From assembly GCF_009914755.1 (NCBI RefSeq), contig NC_060928.1: a stretch of 64,000 bases of DNA; one strand, 5' to 3'. Below the pieces are notes generated by a model. That model was not told the DNA's origin. It worked only from the letters and a program-made list of their open reading frames with translations, and ran no database searches. Made by a program: the position numbers and the translations under genes. This DNA comes from the human T2T-CHM13v2.0 reference genome, Homo sapiens. Shown here piece by piece: positions 57,671 through 64,000 of the stretch (its first letter is position 1; each line of letters opens with the position of its first letter).

Positions 57671-58404
57671 AGTTTTAAAAGAAACTAGAAAAGCAAAAAA
57701 AACAAAAAAAAAAAAAAAAAAAAAAGCAAGCCAAACCCAAAATTAGCAGAAGGAAAGAAATAATAAAGATTAGAGTAGAATTAAACAAAATTGAGATTTA
57801 AAAATACAAAAGATCAACAAAAAGTTGGTTTTTTGAAAAAATAAACAAAATCAACTAGCCACTAGACTAAGAATACAGAGAGAAGACCCAAATAAACAAA
57901 ATCAAAAACAAAAAAGGAGCTGTCACAACTGATACTACAGAAACACACAGGATCATTAGAATCTATCATGAACAACCATATGCCAATAAATTTAAAAACC
58001 TAGAGGAAATGGATAAATTCCTGGACACACAAGCTACCAAGACTGAACCAAAAAGAAACAGCCTGAACAGATCAATAAAAAGTAATGATAATAAATCAGT
58101 AATAAAAAGCCTCCCAACAAGGAAAAAACCAGGACTGGATGGCTTCTCAGCTAAATTCTACCAAACATTAAAAAAGAAAGAAAAAAAACTGCCAATTCTT
58201 CTCAAACTATTCCAAAAATTGAAGAGAAGGGAATTCTTCCAAACTTATTTTACAGGGCCAGCATAATTTTGACACCAAAACCAGATAAGGACATAACAAA
58301 AAAACAAAACTACAGACCAATATCCCTAATGAACATACATGCAAAAATCCTCAATATAATATTAGTAAATTCAATCTAACATCACATCAGAAAGATCATA
58401 CACC

Positions 58405-61400
58405 GAAGATGGCCAAATGGGAACAGCTCCGGTCTGCAACCCCCAGCAAGATCAATGCAGAAGGCAGGTGATTTCTTCATTTCCAGCTGAGGTACCCAGC
58501 TCATCTCATTGGGACTGGTTAGATAGTGGGTGCAGCCCATGGAGGGCGAGCAGAAGCAGGGTGGGGTGTCACCTCACATGGGAAGTGCAAGGGGTGGAGG
58601 AACTCCCTCCCCTAGCCAAGGGAAGCCGTGAGGGACTGTGCCATGAGGGACGGTGCATTCCAGGCCAGATACCACGCTTTTCCCACGGTTTTTGCAACCA
58701 TAGACCAGATGCCTGTGCCACCAAGGCCCTGAGTTTTAAGCACAAAACTGGGCAGCCATTTGGCCAGACACTGAGCTAGCTGCAGGAGTTTCTTTTCGTA
58801 CCCCAGTGACTCCTGGAACACCAGCGAGACAGAACCATTCACTCCCTGGAAAGGGGGCTCAAGCTAGGGAGCCAAGTGGTCTAGCTCAGTGGATCTGACC
58901 CCCTATGGAGCCCAGCAAGCTAAGATCCACTGGCTTGAAATTCTCACTGCCACCAAGCATTCTGAAGTCGACCTGGGACACCCCAGCTTGGTGGGGGAGG
59001 GGTGTCTGCCATTACTGAGGCTTGAGTAGGCAGTTATCCCCTCACGGTATAAAAAAAAGCCTCCAGGAAATTTGAAATGGGCAGAGCCCACCACAGCTTG
59101 GCAAAGCCACTGTAGCCAGACTGCCTCTCTAGATTCCTCCTCTCTGGGCAGGGAATCTCTGAAAGAAAGGCAGCAGTCCCAGTCAGGGGCTCATAGGGAA
59201 AACTCCCATCTCCCTGAGACACAGCACCTGGGGGAAGGGGTGGCGGTGGGTGCAGCTTCAGCAGACTTAAACATTCCTGCCTGCCAGCTCTGAAGAGAGC
59301 AGCAGATCTTGCAGCACAGTGCTCAAGCTCTGCTAAGGGACAGACTGCCTCCTCAAGTGGGTCCCTGACCCCCATGCCTCCTGACTGGGAGACACCTCCT
59401 GACTGGGAGACGCCTCCCAGCAGGGGTCGACAGACATCTCATACAGGACAGCTCCAGCTGGCATCTGGTGGGTGCCCCTCTGGGACAAAGCTTCCAGAGG
59501 AAAGAACAGGCAGCAATCTTTGCTGTTCTGCAGCCTCCGCTGGTGATACCCAGGTAAACAGGGTCTGGAGTGGACCTCCAGCAAACTCCAGCAGACCTGC
59601 AGTAGAGGGCCCTGACTGTTAGAAGGAAAACTAACAAACAGAAAGGAATAGATTCAACATCAACAAAAAGGATGTCCACACCAAAACCCCATTTGAAAGT
59701 CACCAACATCAAATACCAAAGGTAGATAAATCCACGAAGATGGGGAGAAACCAATGCAAAAGGGCTGAAAATTGCAAAAATGAGAATGCCTCTTCTCCTC
59801 CAAAGGATCACAACTCCTCACCAGCAAGGGAACAAAACTGGACAGAGAATGAGTTTGACGAACTGACAGAAGTAGGCTTCAGAAGGTGGATAATAACAAA
59901 CTCCTCCGAGCTGAAGGAGCACGTTCTAACCCAATGCAAGGAAGCTAAGAAGCTTGAAAAAAGGTTAGATGCATTGCTAACTAGAATAACCAGTTTAGAG
60001 AAGAACATAAATGACCTGATGGAGCTGAAAAACACAGCACGAGAACTTCGTGAAGTATACAAAAGTATCAACAGCTGAATCGATCAAGTGGAAGACAGGA
60101 TATCAGAGATTGAAGATCAACTTAACGAAATAAAGCATGAAGACAAGATTAGAGAAAAAAGAATGAAAAGGAATGAACAAAGCCTCCAAGAATTAGGGAA
60201 CTAATGTGAAAAGTCCAAACCTACGTTTGACTAGTGTACCTGAAAGTGACGGGGAGAATGGAACCAAGTTGGAAAACACTCTTCAGGATATTATCAAGGA
60301 GAACTTCCCCAACCTAGCAAGATAGGCCAACATTCAAATTCAGGAAATACAGAGAAAACAAAGATACTCCTCGAGAAGAGCAACCCCAAGATTCATAATC
60401 ATCAAATTCACCAAGGTTGAAGAAATGAAGGAAAAAATGTTATCGGCAGCCAGAGAGAAAGATCCTCCTTTGGAGGATCACAAAAGGTCAGGTTACCCAC
60501 AAGAGGAAGCCCATCAGACTAACAGCAGATCTCTCTGCAGAAACCCTACAAGCCAGAAAAGAGTGGGGACCAATATTCAACATTCTTAAAGAGAAGACTT
60601 TTCAACCCAGAATTTCATATCCAACCAAACTAAGCTTCATAAGCGAAGGAGAAATAAAATCCTTTACACACAAGCAAATGCTAAGAGATTTTGTCATCAC
60701 CAGGCCTGACTTACAAGAGCTCCTGAAGGAAGCACTAAACATGGAAAGGAACAATTGGTCCCAGCAACTGCAAAAACATACCAAACTGTAAAGACCATCA
60801 ACACTATGAAGAAACTGCATCAACTAACGGGCAAAATAACCAGCTAGCATCATAATGACAGGATCAAATTCACACATAATAATATTAACCTTAAATGTAA
60901 ATGGACTAAATGCCCCAATTAAAAGACACAGACTGGCAAACTGGATAAAGAATCAAGACCCATCGGTGTCCTATATTCAGGAGACCCATCTCACGTGCAA
61001 AGACACACATAGGCTCAAAATAAATGGAAGAATATTTACCAAGCAAATAAAAAAAGCAAAAAAAAAAAAAAGTGGTTGCAATCCTAGTCTCTGATAAAAC
61101 AGACTTTAAACCAACAAAGATCAAAAGAGACAAAGAACGGCATTACATAATGGTAAAGGGATCAATGCAACAAGAAGAGCTAACTATCCTAAATATATAT
61201 GCACCCAATACAGGAACATCCAGATTCATAAAGCAAGTTCTTAGAGACCTACAAAGAGACTTAGACTCCCACACAATAATAGTGGGAGACTTTAACACCC
61301 CACTGTCAATACCAGACAGATCAACAAGACAGAAAATTAACAAGGATATTCAGGACTGGAGCTCAGCTCTGCACCAAGTAAACCTAACAGACATCTACAG

Positions 61401-64000
61401 AACTCTCCACCCCAAATCAACAGAATATACATTCTTCTCAGCACCATATCACAGTTATTCTAAAATTTATCACATAATTGGAAGTAAAACACTCTTAGGC
61501 AAATGCAAAAGAATGGAAATCATAACAAACAGTCTGTCAGACCACAGTGCAATCTAATTAGAATTTAGGATTAAGAAACTCACTCAAAACCACGTAATTA
61601 CATAGAAACTGAACAACCTGCTCCTGAATGACTACTGGGTAAATAACAAAATTAAGGCAGAAATAAATAAGTTCTTTGAAACTAACGAGAACAAAGACAC
61701 AATGTACCAGAATCTCTGGGACACAGCTAAAGCAGTATTTAGAGGGAAATTTATAGCACTAAATGCCCACAAGAGAAAGCAGGAAAGATCTAAAATCAAC
61801 ACTCTAACATCCCTATGAAAAGAACTACAGAAGCAAGCACAAATAAATTCAAAAGCTAGCAGAAGACAAGAAATAACTAAGATCAGAGCAGAATTGAAGG
61901 AGATAGAGACACGAAAAATCCTTCAAAAAATCAATGAATCCAGAAGCTGGTTTTTTGACAAGATCAACAAAATAGACCACTAGCCAGGCTACTAAAGAAG
62001 AAAAAAGAGAAGAATCAAATAAACGCAATAAAAAATGACACAGGGGATATCACCACCAATCCCACAGAAATACAAACTACCATCAGGGAATCCTATAAAA
62101 ACCTCTATGCAAATAAACTAGAAAATCTAGAAGAAATGGATAAATTCCTGGACACATAAACCCTCCCAAGACTAAATCAGGAAGAATAGACCAATAACAA
62201 GTTCTAAAGTTGAGGCAGTAATTAATAGCCTAACAACCAAAAAAAGTCCAGGACTAGACGGATTCACAGCCAAATTCTACCAGAGGTACAAAGAAGAACT
62301 GGTACCATTCCTTCTGAAACTATTCTAAACAATAGTAAAAAAGGGAATCCTCCCTAACTCATTTTATGAGGCCAGCATCATCCTGATACCAAAACCTGGC
62401 AGAGACAAAACAAAAAAAAGAAAATTTCAGGCCGATATCCCTGATGAACATCGTTGCAAAAATCCTCAATAAAATACTGGCAGACAGAATCCAGCAGCAC
62501 ATCAAAAAGCTTATCTACCACGATCAAGTCGACTTCATCCATGGGATGCAAGGCTGCTTCAACATATGCAAATCAATAAACGTAATCCATCACATAAACA
62601 GAATCAATGACAAAAACCACATGATTATCTCAACAGATGCAGAAAAGGCCTCTGACAAAATTCAACACCCCTTCATGCAAAAAACTCTCAATAAACTAGG
62701 TAGTGATGGAATGTATCTCAAAATAATAAGAGCTATTTATGACAAACCCACAGCCAATATCATACTGAACGGGAAAAAGCTGGAAGCATTCCCTTTGAAA
62801 ACCGGCACAAGACAAGAACGCCCACTCTCACCACTCCAATTCAACATAGTACTGGAAGTTCTGGACAGGGCAATCAGGCAAGAGAAAGAAATAAAGGGTA
62901 TTCAAATAGGAAGAGAGGAAGTCAAATTTTCTGTTTGCAGATGACATGATTGCATATATAGAAAACCCCATTATCTCAGTCCAAACTCTTCTTAAGCTGA
63001 TAAGCAACGTCAGCAAAGTCTCAGGATACAAAATCAGTGAGCAAAAATCACAAGCATTCCTATACACCAATAACAGAGAGCCAAGACGTGAGTGAACTCC
63101 CATTTGCAATTGCTACAAAGAGAATAAAATACTTAGGAACCCAACTTACAAGGGATGTGAAGGATCTCTTCAAGGAGAACTACAAACCACTGCTCAACGA
63201 AATAAGAGAGGACACAAACAGATGGAAAAACATTCCATGCTCATGGATAGGAAGAATCAATATCATGAAAATGGCCATACTGCCCAAACTAATTTATAGA
63301 TTCAATGCTATCCCCATCAAGCTACCACTGACTTTCTTCACAGAATTAGAAAAAACTACTTTAAATTTCATATGGAACCAAAAAAAGAGCCCGCATAGAC
63401 AAGACAATCCTAAGCAAAAAGAATAAAGCTGGAGGCATCATGCTACCTGACTTCAAACTATACTATAATGCTACAGTAATAAAAACAGTCTGGTACTGGT
63501 ACCAAAACAGATATATAGACCAATGGAACAGAACAGAGGCCTCAGAAATAACACCACATATCTATAACCATCTGATCTTTGACAAACCTGACTAAAACAA
63601 ACAATGGGGAAAGAATTCCTTATTTAATACATGCTGCTGGGAAAACTGGCTAGCCATATGCAGAAAACTGAAACTGAACCCCTTCCTTACACCTTATACA
63701 AAAATTAACTCAAGAGGAATTAAAGACTGAAATGTAAGACCTAAAACCATAAAAACCCTAGAAGGAAACCTAGGCAATACCATTCAGGACACAGGCATGG
63801 GCAAAGACTTCATTACTAAAATACCAAAAGCAATGGCAACAAAAGCCAAAATTGACAAATGGGATCTAATTAAACTAAATAGCTTCTGCACAGCAAAATA
63901 AACTATCATCAGAGTGAACAGGCAACCTACAGAATAGGAGAAAATCTTTGCAATCTACCCATCTGACAAAGGGCTAATGTCCAGAATCTACAAAGAACTT
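58405..64000 (+). mobile_element. 5'-intact primate L1 (L1PA7/8-like), inactivated; runs off the window end
   Basis: aagatggcc start; ORF1 ATG 59740 (MGRNQ...) with premature stop at 60076-60078; ORF2 ATG 60855 (MTGSNSHI) broken into endonuclease and RT fragments. Confidence 0.95.

Larger units (their letters stand above)
53948..58404 (+). mobile_element. Old degenerate L1 (L1M/L1PB-type): 5'UTR with tandem array, decayed ORF1 and the 5' part of ORF2
   Basis: Starts tcagcaagatggctga (YY1-like); endonuclease-like fragment VNIYAPN...VGNFNTPLSALDRS at 56888; many stops and frameshifts. Confidence 0.9.

Noticed and set aside
59740-63426. L1 ORF1/ORF2 as active coding sequences
   Set aside because: Premature stops and frameshifts in both ORFs

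Overview
Human (primate) genomic DNA holding the 3' half of PALLD (palladin) on the + strand. By reading splice sites I reconstructed these parts: a CpG-island, proline-rich exon (1154-1825, internal ATG at 1323); nine further constitutive coding exons covering the alpha-actinin-binding region and Ig domains 3-5; two cassette exons (51 nt, and a 46-nt stop-containing exon giving C-terminus ISRH); and a last exon (stop 49807) with a ~2 kb 3'UTR. ATG 1323 plus the constitutive exons give 2019 nt = 672 aa, the length I recall for the ~90 kDa isoform. Introns carry ~24 Alus, a U6 pseudogene, Tigger/MER DNA transposon relics and MaLR LTRs. Downstream lie an old degenerate L1 and a younger, 5'-intact but inactivated L1PA nested inside it. 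I see no clearly new biological system. The best unexplained signals are: a perfect 57-bp inverted repeat (4868-5011); a canonical minus-strand exon that completely overlaps a PALLD coding exon (18001-18196); a candidate internal first exon and a direct repeat around that same exon; and a near-zero-spacer inverted Alu pair. Repeat family names are from memory of consensus sequences and repeat boundaries are approximate.
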